Assembly (NCBI GenBank): GCA_001771575.1
Contig: MEUD01000001.1
Span: forward strand, 768,815 to 832,814
Direction: 5' to 3'
From: a candidate division WOR-1 bacterium RIFOXYB2_FULL_45_9
GTDB taxonomy: Bacteria > Margulisbacteria > WOR-1 > O2-12-FULL-45-9 > XYB2-FULL-48-7
Length of the DNA stretch: 64,000 nucleotides
In this document: one piece after another, positions 38,201-46,688 of the stretch
Layout: each line of letters begins with the position of its first letter
How positions within the stretch are numbered: the first letter of the stretch is position 1
Notes under the pieces: model-generated
What the model saw: the letters and a program-made list of their open reading frames with translations, nothing else
Told to the model about the DNA's origin: nothing
Database searches by the model: none
Program-made: the position numbers and the translations under genes

Positions 38201-41200
38201 AAATTTGCCGGGAAGAAGAGCGTAGGTCGAAAAATGGTCGAGAGCTGCGTAAAAGACATATTGCTTTTCGCCGTTATTCTCTTCGATCGTCTGCTGGTTG
38301 TCGGAAATTATCTGCAGATCCCCCGCCTCCGTCACCTGGTGGATATTCCAGGGAAGATTTTTCGGCTCCCCTTCTCCGCTCCAGGCGCCAAGTTCTTTTA
38401 ACTCGTCAAAGGTATAAATAAAACGGAGGGTCGGCCGGAGGTCAACCCCTTCGAGGGAACTGACCGTAAATTTCCAGGGCGAAGGTTTTATCTCCACGAT
38501 CGGCCCGGAGGTCAAAATAATCGGCTTATTGCGGATCTTAATTTCTTTCATCGTCACCGGAGTAACCGTCGCCAGCTGGTCGCGATCGCCAAACGCGCGA
38601 GGGGGGAATTTGAGCTGGGCTCGTTTGTAGGCGCTCCAGGCGTCACCGCCCGTCTCTTTTTTGATCAGCGTACCGATTGAAACATTTTGGGTGGCGATAA
38701 AACTGCCGGAGCGGAGCAGGACCGTGTAATCGCCGCTTAAGCGGGAGACGTTCCACCAGGCCAGACGTCCGCTGGTCGGGGCTTCGTCAAACGATTGAGC
38801 GATCGACTGCCAGCTCTTGCCGTCGTAATATTGCAGTTCATATGGGCCGGGAGCCTGGCCGGTAATTTCCACGAAACGGGATTCGGAAGCATCAAGCTTT
38901 AGCTTGAGGGCGAGGGTATCGTCCAAACGCCTTTCTCCGGCAGTGATCCCTTCAAGAACAATATCTTTATTGATCGCGCCGCTTTTATCTTTTATTAATA
39001 CATCCCAGCGATCGATCTCAAGATGAGGGTTATCGACCGGACTGTCAAAGTTGTCCGGCTCCCAGGGATCTCTTTTTAAGAAAGTCTGTTTTGCTGCGGC
39101 CGCCGACCGGTAATCATCGGCAACCTGGTAAGCGGAAGAGAGCTTAAGGAGGCGTCTCGACCGGAAAGCATCCGGATTGAACGCGAGAGGGAGGCTCCTA
39201 AGATAACCCCGGCTAGCGAGCAAATTTGTATCGTCGGCAGTCGTCCAGGGGAAGCCGCTTATATCCTGGTCCTCGGCGTTAACGACCGCGCTGGGGGCGG
39301 AAGATGACAGAGAAACCATGATCCCCGGTGTGTTGCTCTCGACCTGAAATAACTTGTCGTAGACATAATTGGGCAAAGGGAGGAGTTGATCGACCGCCTG
39401 GGAACTCCATTCTCCCCGTTTTGAAGTTTTATTGTAATAAACCTGTCCGGTAAAAACAGCGGAGTTATTTTGGTCGATCCGCCGCTGGTTGACCTGGGAG
39501 AGATCAAGTTTCCACCAGGTCCCGGCGATAGTCGGACCGGTATAATTTTGCGGCTCGCCGCCAAGCTCCTTGTCCAGCTTTCTTTGTTGAGCGGTCTGAC
39601 TGGCAACAGCGGTGGCATATTCGCTTTCCCGCCACGGCCAGCTGAAGATAAAGGGAGATTGAGGGTTGCCGTCGTAGAGATAAACCAGGTCGGTGTGGGC
39701 GGTAACGATCGTGGAGCCATCGGAAAAATCAAGGCCTCCCCGGTTGCCGCCGGCCTGGTCCGGATAAGTGATCGGAATAAATTCAAAGTATTCTTCGGAG
39801 AGGTAGCTGTCGTAGCCGGCTGATGACGCGAGCGAATCTTTATAGCCCAAGAGGCTTGCCTGTTCGCTCATCTCTTTAAGTTTTGCGCTCCGGTCGCTCC
39901 AGGAAGTAAGTCCGGCAAACTCCGCTTCGATCTCGTTTTTCGGCTTGTAAGGGAGATCGGGTTTAGCGTCGGGATCGTCAAAAAACTTTTTCCCGGGGAA
40001 GCCCAAGCCCCGATTGATATCCGTTAAATACTCGGAAAAATCCTTCCGCTTCTCCTCATTAGCGTTAACAAAACCGAACCAGGGGACAAAACGGTTGGTG
40101 AGGCGGGAATAGGGAATTTCGCCATCCAGCGAAAGTCTAACAATTATTTTGGGTTTTGCATTATCTGTTTGTTTGTTTATCAACTTAATTTTAAATATCC
40201 CTTTTTGTGTAGAAAAAGTACTTAAATTCTTCTCAAGCACATTCCATTGCGCTCGTTGATAATCGTTCATTTTGTCAAGTAAAAACTCGCTTTCGGAATG
40301 GACTTCTACTAAGGCATCAACACCGGTTATTCCTTGCCAATCCCAATCGGCAGCATTGAGATTAAATGTTAGCTCATATACTGGGTTATCCTTAGATAAT
40401 TCAAATATTTTAAAATCAGATTCGCTGTCAATAATCGTATAAGCTTGACCGTTATCTAAACCAAACATATCTTTTGACGGTCGATAACAATGCGATTTAA
40501 ATTTAACCTTAATTTTCCCAAATACCCGATTAAACCCCCGATGCATCAGTCCGGCGAAAGGCACATATGGATAAGCGGTTATTTTTTGTTTGCCAAAGGC
40601 GGTCAAAGTATAGGTCAAATCCTTGACCGGATGATAACTGCCATAACCTTTGGCTTCAAAATAGAAGGGAGAGTCACCGTCCGCCAACCAAAGATTGCCG
40701 ACCTGCCGGCCAATCGGGTCAAGCTTCACTTGGCTTTCGTTTCTTTCAAACGAAACGACTTTTATCCCGTCAATAACCTCCGTCTTGGTCCCCGACCCGT
40801 CTTTGGCGGCGGCGATCAAAACGATCTTGTAATTTCCACTGGTCACCACCTGGGTCGAGTCACTGTTGGGATAATTCCCGGTCCACACCAGTCCCTCTTT
40901 CCCTACGGCCAGGCCGGCGACAAAATCACCGTTTTCTTTTTGAACCCGCGCGGTTATAAGGGCGTCTTTGGAAACGTTATAGAAAACGGAAACCCGGTCA
41001 GGGACAGAGAGTGAACTAAACTCTTTATTGGTCGCCTCTTTAACCTTCAATTCGAACGGCGTGGTCACATTAACCACCGCCTCATCGGAGGCTAAGCCGC
41101 GGCCATCCGCCCCTTCCGCGATCACTCTGACAATATAGGCGCCGTTGTCGACATAAGCGCCGGTATCCAAGCGACCATCCCAGGAAGTAGTAAGGGATAA

Positions 41201-44200
41201 GTTGTAAGTAGTAAGAGAGGAATGGGAACCCATTTCTGTCAAATTAATCAGCCTTTGATTGGCGACGTCGATCACCAGCGGCAGGAATTGCTGGGTCTGT
41301 TTGGTTATCCCCAGGTAGACATTATCAGCGTAGATCGAAGGAGATGGGTCTTCGTCAAGTTTGGGGGTGATCATCAACTGGCCACCGTCAGCGGTAAAGT
41401 CAAAGCCTTTTTCTCCCCCGGCAATCGTTGAGTCCCAAGAGATCATGTTGTGGGCAACTCTCACCCCTATCCCCTCTCCCCCACCAGAGGCGGGCAGGCT
41501 CGGGAGAGGGGTAATGTTCCCTCCAATGGTGATAATATTTCCCGTGAACTTATGACTTGAACCATCGGCCGACCAACGAATATGATAACCGGCTTCATCG
41601 CTCCAGATAAAATAACCAAGATCGGTCCCCGGCTTATAATCGGGTTTGCCGACAAACGGCGCCCCGGCGATGTTGGGGAAGTATTTGAAGAAGACGACCT
41701 CACCCCCCTCACCCACCGTCCCGCCTGCGGCGGACGGTCCCCCCTCTCCCGCTGGGGCGGGAGAGGGCCAAGCCCTGGGTTTAATGATTTCGACATAGAC
41801 ATTGGCTGGTTTGACGCTATTGATGAAACCTATCGGCAGTTTTACTGAATCATCGGCTCGAAAATCAACGTTTGACGCAAGGGGGTTGAGGTTAACGTAT
41901 GGGGAGGTCGCCATGGTTGAAGCGAATGAATTATTATTGACTTTGACGACCCTGGTCGCGGCGAGCGACTCGCCGTTCTCTTCATCAACCACCACCATGA
42001 TGGTGTATTCCCCATTCTCCAGCCCATTGGTGTTGAAGTATGCCAGGGTCGCGTCATTTTGCAGAGGGCGCAAAGAAACATTGGAATTCCCGCTCGCCCG
42101 GTTGATAAGGGGGACTTCGAGGGCGGCGGTCGAAAGCACGGAAGCCTGCGACAAGATCGTCGCGGCTTCCTGTTTCCCCTTCATATAGAATACCCGATAC
42201 TGCTTAAACGGTTTATCGTTTGACCAGTCGGGGTCCATGGCGGTGCCGCGGATGGCGATTAACCCAAATACTTCCGCTCCATTTTCCGCCGGGAAAGAAA
42301 TGACTGGAGCAATCCCGTCTTTAACACATGAAGAATACGCGGTCGCGCTGTTGCCGACATCATCGGTCGCGGTGATCTGGAATTTGTAGGAGCCTTTGGG
42401 GAGAGGGATCGAGGCATCAAGGGATCGAGCGGCATTCCAGGCAAGTTTGTTTTCTTCACTGATCAAACCGGAAGCGTTCTCAAAAAAGTCAACCTCCTGT
42501 CCGGTATTAACATTAAATACTTTTACTTTCACCTTGATCCCTTGATCCCTTTTATTCCCTTCCGCGTCGTTATTTTCCGACAATTGGTAAAATAGTGTTG
42601 TTTTATAAGCATTGGCGCCGATGTTGGTCAAAACATAGGGATTGGCGATCTGGCCGTAAATAACCGGCGGGGTCCGATCGATCCGGATCGCTTCTAACGT
42701 GCGGGGAGGACTTTCGTTCCCGGCATCGTCACGGGCAATCACTTCGACCCGGTAGAGGCCGTCTTCGGGTCCGGGATTGAAAGAGTTATTGAAGGGCCAG
42801 GAGTAAGAAGCGGGAAAGCTGTAAGCATTAAGCGGGAAAGCATTTGCTTGCGTTAAGTACGCCGTTATCTTTTTGTTCGATAAATTGTTGAGCTTGATGA
42901 TAACCTGCGCTTTTTCGCTGACGTTAGCGGTCAATTTCATTTCGGTGTTTATCGAGGTCGTCGGATTAGGGGTAATGGCTACCTCGCCAATAGTCGGTGG
43001 AGTGGAATCAACGACAAGCGGCGTTTCGGCAACGGCAGAGTTCCCCGCCAGGTCGAAAGCTTTTATTTTAACAATATATTTACCATCAGGAAGCGAGGCG
43101 CCAAGGTTTCCAGGCACCAAGGTGAAAAAGTTTTCACCTTTGGATAACGAATCAGCGGTAGCAATATTTGTAACAAATACTTGATTACTTGATTCCTCGA
43201 TGCCTTGATACCTATACAAATCACAGCGGACGGAGCGGAGGATGGGAGAGACTTCGTCGGTGGCTGACCAGCGGATCGTTGCCGGGGCGCGGGGACTGTA
43301 TGGCATAAGTGGTGAAACTGCCAGACTGGGAGCGCCGGTGTCGACGAAAAAGCCCCAGGCCGCCTGCGCGGTCCCAACATTGCTCTCGGCAACAACAAGT
43401 ACCTGATGCATTCCGTCGCTTAAGGGATGGTCTCCTTTCACTCTGACTATTGCTTTGGGATGATACGGATCGTTGATTATCTCAACCTCATACTCTACCT
43501 CCATCCCATCAACCAACACTCTTATAATTTTTACCGACTCCACTTCAAAGCTCCCGCTATACTCCGCTTTGTTAAACTCAACCGAGATCTCCGGGTTAGG
43601 CGTCGCGACATAATATTCCGGCAGAGGCTTAAATTGGCTTGGTTGCATTGGGATGGTGTTAAGGATTACCTTGAGAAGCTGGTTGGATTCATACCCGACC
43701 TTGTTCTTGGCTCTAAAAGCAATGACATTCTGCCCTTCGGCGAGCTTTAAACCGTCTACCTCAAAATTCCCCCATTCATCCATTTTGGGTACAGGCTTCC
43801 AGGCGGCGAAGTTTTCTGAACACTGGAAATATTGCATCTTACTCGGCATAAAATCGCGCAAGACCCCGCTTATTTTTGTCGGGGCTTCCTTAACCGAAAT
43901 CGACGTCACTTTTTGTTCCTGGCCATCGATCACAATTGGCACACTGGTGTTTGATCGGTTGTCATAGGAATATCCCTTGACCTCCACCGGGTGAAAAGCG
44001 CTTAAAGTTGTCACCTTACCGTCACTTTCTTTGGTTTGGTTGGTTGAGAGGATAAAGGGAATTTCTCGAAGGCTGGTCGTACTCGTGCTTCCAATATACG
44101 AAGAGTCAAAAATTGCTTCTTCAAGCATCGTCGCTCCGGTTAAATCCTCTTCAAATGAGACTTTTACCGGCGGATCGTTTGTTCCTATATTCGAAGTTGC

Positions 44201-45508
44201 CTCTGTTATCATTGGGTGTCTTATAATAACTTTATCTTTCATTGCGTTATGAGCCATTATATAATCGGTAGCATCTTCCATCGGCAAACACGCGAGGCCG
44301 GCTCCTACAGCAATCCATATTGACACATTTCCAGGCAGAAAATAGGTTGCCGCTAATACGCTGTCAATAACTGTCCCTAAAACAGCAATTGAAGAGCTTC
44401 TAAAGGTGTATTCATATCTTTTTGCTTCTCTTAAGCTTGCAATCCCTTCTCCTTTTTGGCTCGCAACCGAAGAAACAAGGTCGCCATCGTCAAAAAAAGG
44501 ATAGCCGGACATTACCGTCAATCCAATGCTTGATATCTTTTCTTCATAATTTCCCATATCTTTTTTGGTCAAAGCATTAGATAGCGCAGCGGTGAAACGC
44601 GTGACTACCACGGAATTATATACAAGCCCTGTTCCATCAGACACCCTGGTTGGCGTCGGAACCCCTTTTCCGGCTATTAAACTATACGAAGGCGCTTCAT
44701 ATATTCCTGGGACTTCTGATAATAAATTTAATTCATTTAAAAATGGCCCGTTCGGTTTTTGCTCCTGAACTATTGGTTGGCGAGCGTGTCTATCCAGTCC
44801 GGTTAGGGCTCCTTCAGTTAAAGCAGTTGAGGTCAACGCGGCTACCGCGTTGGAAGCCACAAACACCCTGGATGAGTAATCCCATGGAAATGCGCATAAG
44901 GCCAGCGCTGTCCAGGGGATTAGTATTCTTGCTCCCGCGTTTTCTTCCGACCAAATAGCCGCTTCTCCCGCCTGACTGCCAAGATGGGGAGTATCAATCG
45001 TTATTATCTTTTTTACGTTCCCCTCATAAAGTGGATTGCCATTTTCGTCTCTCCCCATCACGTAATAGCGAGCCGCGAGACCTCCAGCCGAGTGGCAGAT
45101 TAAGATGAATTGAGAGGGAACCATTGAGTCGGGGACATCGGCAATTGTGTTATAGTCATCATGCGAATCCAGCCTTATAACATATTTCTTAAAATCCGAC
45201 TTTGCCCATACAAACCAATCCTTAAGCTCCTTAGCCCAAGTTTTGATACTGCCAAATTTGTCTGAAAATTTATATCGGTAGACATGACCTCTTAATCCCA
45301 AACCGCCATCAGCAATAGATTTCTCGAGATATTCTTGAGTAGCCTTAAGACAATCTTCGCCATCTCCCGTACCATGGAGCATCAAGATTAAATAATTATT
45401 TAGAGATTCAACATTTCTATCCCGATCGGATACTAATTCAGCATTTGCTACACATGCCAAAACAACTAATAAACCAACCAAAACAATGTACTTAAACAGT
45501 CTCCCCAC
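32282..45508 (-). CDS. 4,408-aa secreted giant surface protein: N-terminal lipase-like alpha/beta-hydrolase, Ig-like array, repeated FlgD-Ig/CTD-like modules, C-terminal T9SS type-A-like sorting domain
   Basis: Single uninterrupted ORF with a GTG start. Signal peptide MGRLFKYIVLVGLLVVLACVANA|E. Hydrolase motifs LMLHGTGDG, ILICHSAGG (Ser140), IDTPHLGS. Many D.T.P-delimited Ig-like units. C-terminus: NYPNPFNPNREETKIRYRL...VKIRIYDLTGSLV...VSWDGRNGRGDLVVNGIYPFEV...GKIAVLK. Confidence 0.9.
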   Translation of the reverse strand: MGRLFKYIVLVGLLVVLACVANAELVSDRDRNVESLNNYLILMLHGTGDGEDCLKATQEYLEKSIADGGLGLRGHVYRYKFSDKFGSIKTWAKELKDWFVWAKSDFKKYVIRLDSHDDYNTIADVPDSMVPSQFILICHSAGGLAARYYVMGRDENGNPLYEGNVKKIITIDTPHLGSQAGEAAIWSEENAGARILIPWTALALCAFPWDYSSRVFVASNAVAALTSTALTEGALTGLDRHARQPIVQEQKPNGPFLNELNLLSEVPGIYEAPSYSLIAGKGVPTPTRVSDGTGLVYNSVVVTRFTAALSNALTKKDMGNYEEKISSIGLTVMSGYPFFDDGDLVSSVASQKGEGIASLREAKRYEYTFRSSSIAVLGTVIDSVLAATYFLPGNVSIWIAVGAGLACLPMEDATDYIMAHNAMKDKVIIRHPMITEATSNIGTNDPPVKVSFEEDLTGATMLEEAIFDSSYIGSTSTTSLREIPFILSTNQTKESDGKVTTLSAFHPVEVKGYSYDNRSNTSVPIVIDGQEQKVTSISVKEAPTKISGVLRDFMPSKMQYFQCSENFAAWKPVPKMDEWGNFEVDGLKLAEGQNVIAFRAKNKVGYESNQLLKVILNTIPMQPSQFKPLPEYYVATPNPEISVEFNKAEYSGSFEVESVKIIRVLVDGMEVEYEVEIINDPYHPKAIVRVKGDHPLSDGMHQVLVVAESNVGTAQAAWGFFVDTGAPSLAVSPLMPYSPRAPATIRWSATDEVSPILRSVRCDLYRYQGIEESSNQVFVTNIATADSLSKGENFFTLVPGNLGASLPDGKYIVKIKAFDLAGNSAVAETPLVVDSTPPTIGEVAITPNPTTSINTEMKLTANVSEKAQVIIKLNNLSNKKITAYLTQANAFPLNAYSFPASYSWPFNNSFNPGPEDGLYRVEVIARDDAGNESPPRTLEAIRIDRTPPVIYGQIANPYVLTNIGANAYKTTLFYQLSENNDAEGNKRDQGIKVKVKVFNVNTGQEVDFFENASGLISEENKLAWNAARSLDASIPLPKGSYKFQITATDDVGNSATAYSSCVKDGIAPVISFPAENGAEVFGLIAIRGTAMDPDWSNDKPFKQYRVFYMKGKQEAATILSQASVLSTAALEVPLINRASGNSNVSLRPLQNDATLAYFNTNGLENGEYTIMVVVDEENGESLAATRVVKVNNNSFASTMATSPYVNLNPLASNVDFRADDSVKLPIGFINSVKPANVYVEIIKPRAWPSPAPAGEGGPSAAGGTVGEGGEVVFFKYFPNIAGAPFVGKPDYKPGTDLGYFIWSDEAGYHIRWSADGSSHKFTGNIITIGGNITPLPSLPASGGGEGIGVRVAHNMISWDSTIAGGEKGFDFTADGGQLMITPKLDEDPSPSIYADNVYLGITKQTQQFLPLVIDVANQRLINLTEMGSHSSLTTYNLSLTTSWDGRLDTGAYVDNGAYIVRVIAEGADGRGLASDEAVVNVTTPFELKVKEATNKEFSSLSVPDRVSVFYNVSKDALITARVQKENGDFVAGLAVGKEGLVWTGNYPNSDSTQVVTSGNYKIVLIAAAKDGSGTKTEVIDGIKVVSFERNESQVKLDPIGRQVGNLWLADGDSPFYFEAKGYGSYHPVKDLTYTLTAFGKQKITAYPYVPFAGLMHRGFNRVFGKIKVKFKSHCYRPSKDMFGLDNGQAYTIIDSESDFKIFELSKDNPVYELTFNLNAADWDWQGITGVDALVEVHSESEFLLDKMNDYQRAQWNVLEKNLSTFSTQKGIFKIKLINKQTDNAKPKIIVRLSLDGEIPYSRLTNRFVPWFGFVNANEEKRKDFSEYLTDINRGLGFPGKKFFDDPDAKPDLPYKPKNEIEAEFAGLTSWSDRSAKLKEMSEQASLLGYKDSLASSAGYDSYLSEEYFEFIPITYPDQAGGNRGGLDFSDGSTIVTAHTDLVYLYDGNPQSPFIFSWPWRESEYATAVASQTAQQRKLDKELGGEPQNYTGPTIAGTWWKLDLSQVNQRRIDQNNSAVFTGQVYYNKTSKRGEWSSQAVDQLLPLPNYVYDKLFQVESNTPGIMVSLSSSAPSAVVNAEDQDISGFPWTTADDTNLLASRGYLRSLPLAFNPDAFRSRRLLKLSSAYQVADDYRSAAAAKQTFLKRDPWEPDNFDSPVDNPHLEIDRWDVLIKDKSGAINKDIVLEGITAGERRLDDTLALKLKLDASESRFVEITGQAPGPYELQYYDGKSWQSIAQSFDEAPTSGRLAWWNVSRLSGDYTVLLRSGSFIATQNVSIGTLIKKETGGDAWSAYKRAQLKFPPRAFGDRDQLATVTPVTMKEIKIRNKPIILTSGPIVEIKPSPWKFTVSSLEGVDLRPTLRFIYTFDELKELGAWSGEGEPKNLPWNIHQVTEAGDLQIISDNQQTIEENNGEKQYVFYAALDHFSTYALLPGKFKLSAPIVLADRYVTNKNSVTIYGTAEPGSVLNLIVRPSPATAGEGGPSPKAMVDEGEVADEDGNFRFENVPLLQEGANYIYVTSHPQGNPDVLTCGDVMVMKDTAPPTVGIVPNLYAFSPNGDGKYDSVDFLMTINEKGKIYLGVKESSDLINIDAPLPAGKELKVNWSNEGFKLYRRDDATGLWALYSQVPNPANLIDGEYSVVGYAIDEAGNISENVMVKTVIDLTPPKVLGLNAAPNPFTPNDDGVKDTTDFWYKLSEPSAVKLGIYREDGELFKNAESQTEKFQYPNLSFDIGHLSFSSGSWSWDGRGNSNELLGGNYSYYIYAEDWVGNSVTSEIKAIVVDRAPTLISYLFAEPDPFSPASGAAIKYYLSRDDLKVNLAITGEQIVTTLLKDASQGKGEHAVYWSGRGGDGEKVSDGSYLIKLAVIGSDGISAEASNTVRVDGTAPTVILRPVQIDGKQATVTFMVPEDSTVDVTLTCDDGKAAPLMTCEAKTAGEYKLIFDEEAVGYRGTVTVRAVDRSSNEATASEKFAFAAATILDHLADPAIFTPNGDGHTDTIRIAYQLSGGTPPYIVNVDVVNAIGTTIRRLAENDEQSSGSYSFYWDGKSIVLSSAETYVPDGEYHYQITATDADGVKVEASGRLEAAGGKITPDFTLNPAAFSPNGDDNNETMTINYSVIYPPFYVVEGEPSVLLSVLSANGEILFETGLERSSGSYSYVYDGRTNYPAAGLSSGSLLPTGKYYAKITIQDRLGTITSLTKDFAVDVTNPMVIISSEEGMIANPGSFSTNANPDGSDRPRATTLYYMLTEDTLVSVKVYRLDPNKQKTDFTNLVTTLIAGQWQSGGQQYQVNWDGKMAGGDYVDPGKYAFIVEGEDSLGNATLRKWGGTVWVQNNVLTLRSPEQFEASDVTNNPDPQVISPNGNSQEFQKRARFYFMVDLSLNPATVPAAERIEAMGVTIDTKPVGKYSLKVYGDSAMTSLVRTITTDAVAQSGTLSWEDWDGKDNNGSYAANGKYWLAIDLEDYAGNHLPPLTGEVTVDNSLPEVKNVLATPYYFAPGGTNSSGKTTVCTYEVSDNSGRAKVAVEVFKGNDLVKSLTSEVWRTSGSCSALWDGSGATGYVGAANGSGFGDGEYYFNIIAIDEAGNNSTAQTVSVVADTLAPDGSVIVNAGNPDFTSSLTVEVFVSASDPTSGVDQMSFSPDGINWSSWEAYAVGRSWTLSAGDGTKTARVRLMDRAGNYSTALFADQIVLDSAAPVIKSVVQPPPVTVNNPTTTLLGVMADFNGGADAISGINNWQIKIVNAGGGLVKTFGATAVPPQTGDLVINQEWEPTGHDGYYYYYYTATDAAGNSFDSRKAGYGAYKPLGGEDTYYRILVDKTPPAVNISAPAANEWIKGSIIIAGSATDTNPGAYKVDYAPFGSNTWTVIKKDSYPISGTITSWNTAGVDGDYDIRLSATDEVGNYAETKITIKIDNIPPVINIIQTLAITFNPYVDSGARVDFTASDGAPSSGFAIGNISSVVRFGSAIVKNLTVNSNGSGGYYVSWDGTNNSGDYENEGSYSIEIGAVDNIGNNAITRNIDINLLDDQRLLQHSNVLVEITGFDISTQDYMTLQWHDGPDNNPYYEKGCGKEYQAKIVSAAVNPRSGIVPKSANYSIDNYRHIVSISNGNIYYKRIVGNDIYGPVKVFNGGNATDVAICAENNNSSYIAWIINIGQFDELFFQKIPINFAPITGTKLGASAITKGIMAAATLESPSLIAPARDQQNVQNIRPVFEWQHHKAETTEYRIEVAKNDSFTIDHQTFSKAAGTGTQDKADSELYYYNYAIHEFDPGLERNTDYFWRVTALFPTNAATSESWSFRVQPELTLVGVTNYPNPFNPNREETKIRYRLSSDADEVKIRIYDLTGSLVTELDGTTNGEGTSVWQKYNDVSWDGRNGRGDLVVNGIYPFEVTARIGDRTVRGRGKIAVLK
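38067..38092. repeat. in-frame GC hairpin element A inside the giant gene
   Basis: CCTTCTCCCGC-TGTG-GCGGGAGAAGG, a perfect 11-bp stem. Encodes PSPATAGEGG. Confidence 0.8.
41471..41511. repeat. related in-frame inverted repeat C inside the giant gene
   Basis: CCCCTCTCCC (41471-41480) and GGGAGAGGGG (41502-41511) separated by 21 nt. Encodes PLPSLPASGGGEG. Confidence 0.65.
41742..41767. repeat. in-frame GC hairpin element B inside the giant gene
   Basis: CCCTCTCCCGC-TGGG-GCGGGAGAGGG, a perfect 11-bp stem. It differs from element A by a compensatory T:A to C:G pair and shares the left flank GGCG(G)ACGGTCCCC. Encodes PSPAPAGEGG. Confidence 0.8.
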
Positions 45509-45520
45509 AGTCGGCCCCCA

Positions 45521-46483
45521 TTATTTTATCTCCTTATAACCAGATCCATCGATACTTATAATCCAAATTCCACTTTTGTCATATTCATTCAGGTATATGC
45601 CGCCACAAACTTGATTGTTATCTGGTGATAGCTTGGGATTTGTCCATGTTTTAGGCGACAATTGTCCACTAAGACCATGCGTTATGGTATTTATAATTGT
45701 CTTGTTCAGCACATCAATTTTTAAAAAGCTCGTGCTATTACTTGTAAATATATAATTGCCATCAGAATAATATTGAGGGTATGCGCCTATGCTTTCGCTT
45801 GAAAGAGTTGTGGTTTCAATATTCAAGCCGTCTGCCCCGGTAAAAGCCAAACAATAGTAACCATTTATTGCATTCAAAAATGCTATTTTTGTTGAATATT
45901 TCCATGTGGGTTCAGCCGCATGAATTCCTGATATTTCAACTTTATTACTTCCATCAATATTCACGGAAAACAATGGGATAACACTATTAAAAGGTGTATA
46001 GGTTAATATCTCTTCCCGATAAACTAACTTATCCTCTTCCGGTCCCCAATCAAGCTCGGCAATGGCTTGAGTTGTTGGTTGAAAACTATAAACCTGGGTG
46101 TTATCTGACCTCCGAACAATATGAAAAGTCGAGGTATTATCAACATAACAAACATATGTCCCTTTGGGTGAAAAATATGGATAATATGAATACGGCAATA
46201 TTGATTGATGAGTCCCATTAGTATCCATTGTCGCATAATAAGTGTCTTCGCCCGTCTTAATTGTCTTTTGCCCGCCAAAAAATAATCCTTGCCATTCATT
46301 TTTGTAATGGGACACAACCATCCTGGCGTAAATATTCCCCTCCGGTGTCCAGTTAGGATCGAAATATGATATTTCGTCATATACCGTCTCCCCACACCCT
46401 CCTCCTACAATCGCCAACCCAAAAAGAGCCGCCGCCAACAACATTAATCCAACCGCTTTTTTTATCGTCATTTTAACAACCAC
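45521..46483 (-). CDS. lipoprotein with TolB-like beta-propeller repeats
   Basis: 320 aa. Lipobox LAIVGGGC. Recurrent SP.G / dG..i.y strand patterns (FSPKGTYVCYV, LSPDNNQV, ISIDGSGYKEI). Very AT-rich gene. Confidence 0.55.
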   Translation of the reverse strand: MVVKMTIKKAVGLMLLAAALFGLAIVGGGCGETVYDEISYFDPNWTPEGNIYARMVVSHYKNEWQGLFFGGQKTIKTGEDTYYATMDTNGTHQSILPYSYYPYFSPKGTYVCYVDNTSTFHIVRRSDNTQVYSFQPTTQAIAELDWGPEEDKLVYREEILTYTPFNSVIPLFSVNIDGSNKVEISGIHAAEPTWKYSTKIAFLNAINGYYCLAFTGADGLNIETTTLSSESIGAYPQYYSDGNYIFTSNSTSFLKIDVLNKTIINTITHGLSGQLSPKTWTNPKLSPDNNQVCGGIYLNEYDKSGIWIISIDGSGYKEIK

Positions 46484-46647
46484 CCTTCTTGTTTATAAGC
46501 AATTTTTTTGCCAGGGGGAACAAGGAGACAAGGCACCTAGACGCCTTGAAACCTAGCAGTCTGACCATACCTAATATTATCATCCTTTTTCCCCAGAAAT
46601 TGCAATCAATATTTCTTATAAGGTGGCGGGATTTCGACGGACACAAG

Positions 46648-46661
46648 GGAAAGGAATCAAG
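46648..46661. repeat. left arm of the 14-bp inverted repeat flanking the four-helix-bundle gene
   Basis: GGAAAGGAATCAAG. Embedded in about 4 degenerate NNNCAAGG tandem units (46648-46687). Confidence 0.75.
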
Positions 46662-46688
46662 AAGCCAAGGCATCAAGGGGCCAAGGGC

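Noticed and set aside
32282-45508. The giant ORF as an assembly artefact of collapsed or expanded repeats
   Set aside because: The repeated protein modules are highly diverged at nucleotide level. I saw no long identical DNA repeats apart from the two roughly 40-nt hairpin elements. The frame is unbroken for 13.2 kb.
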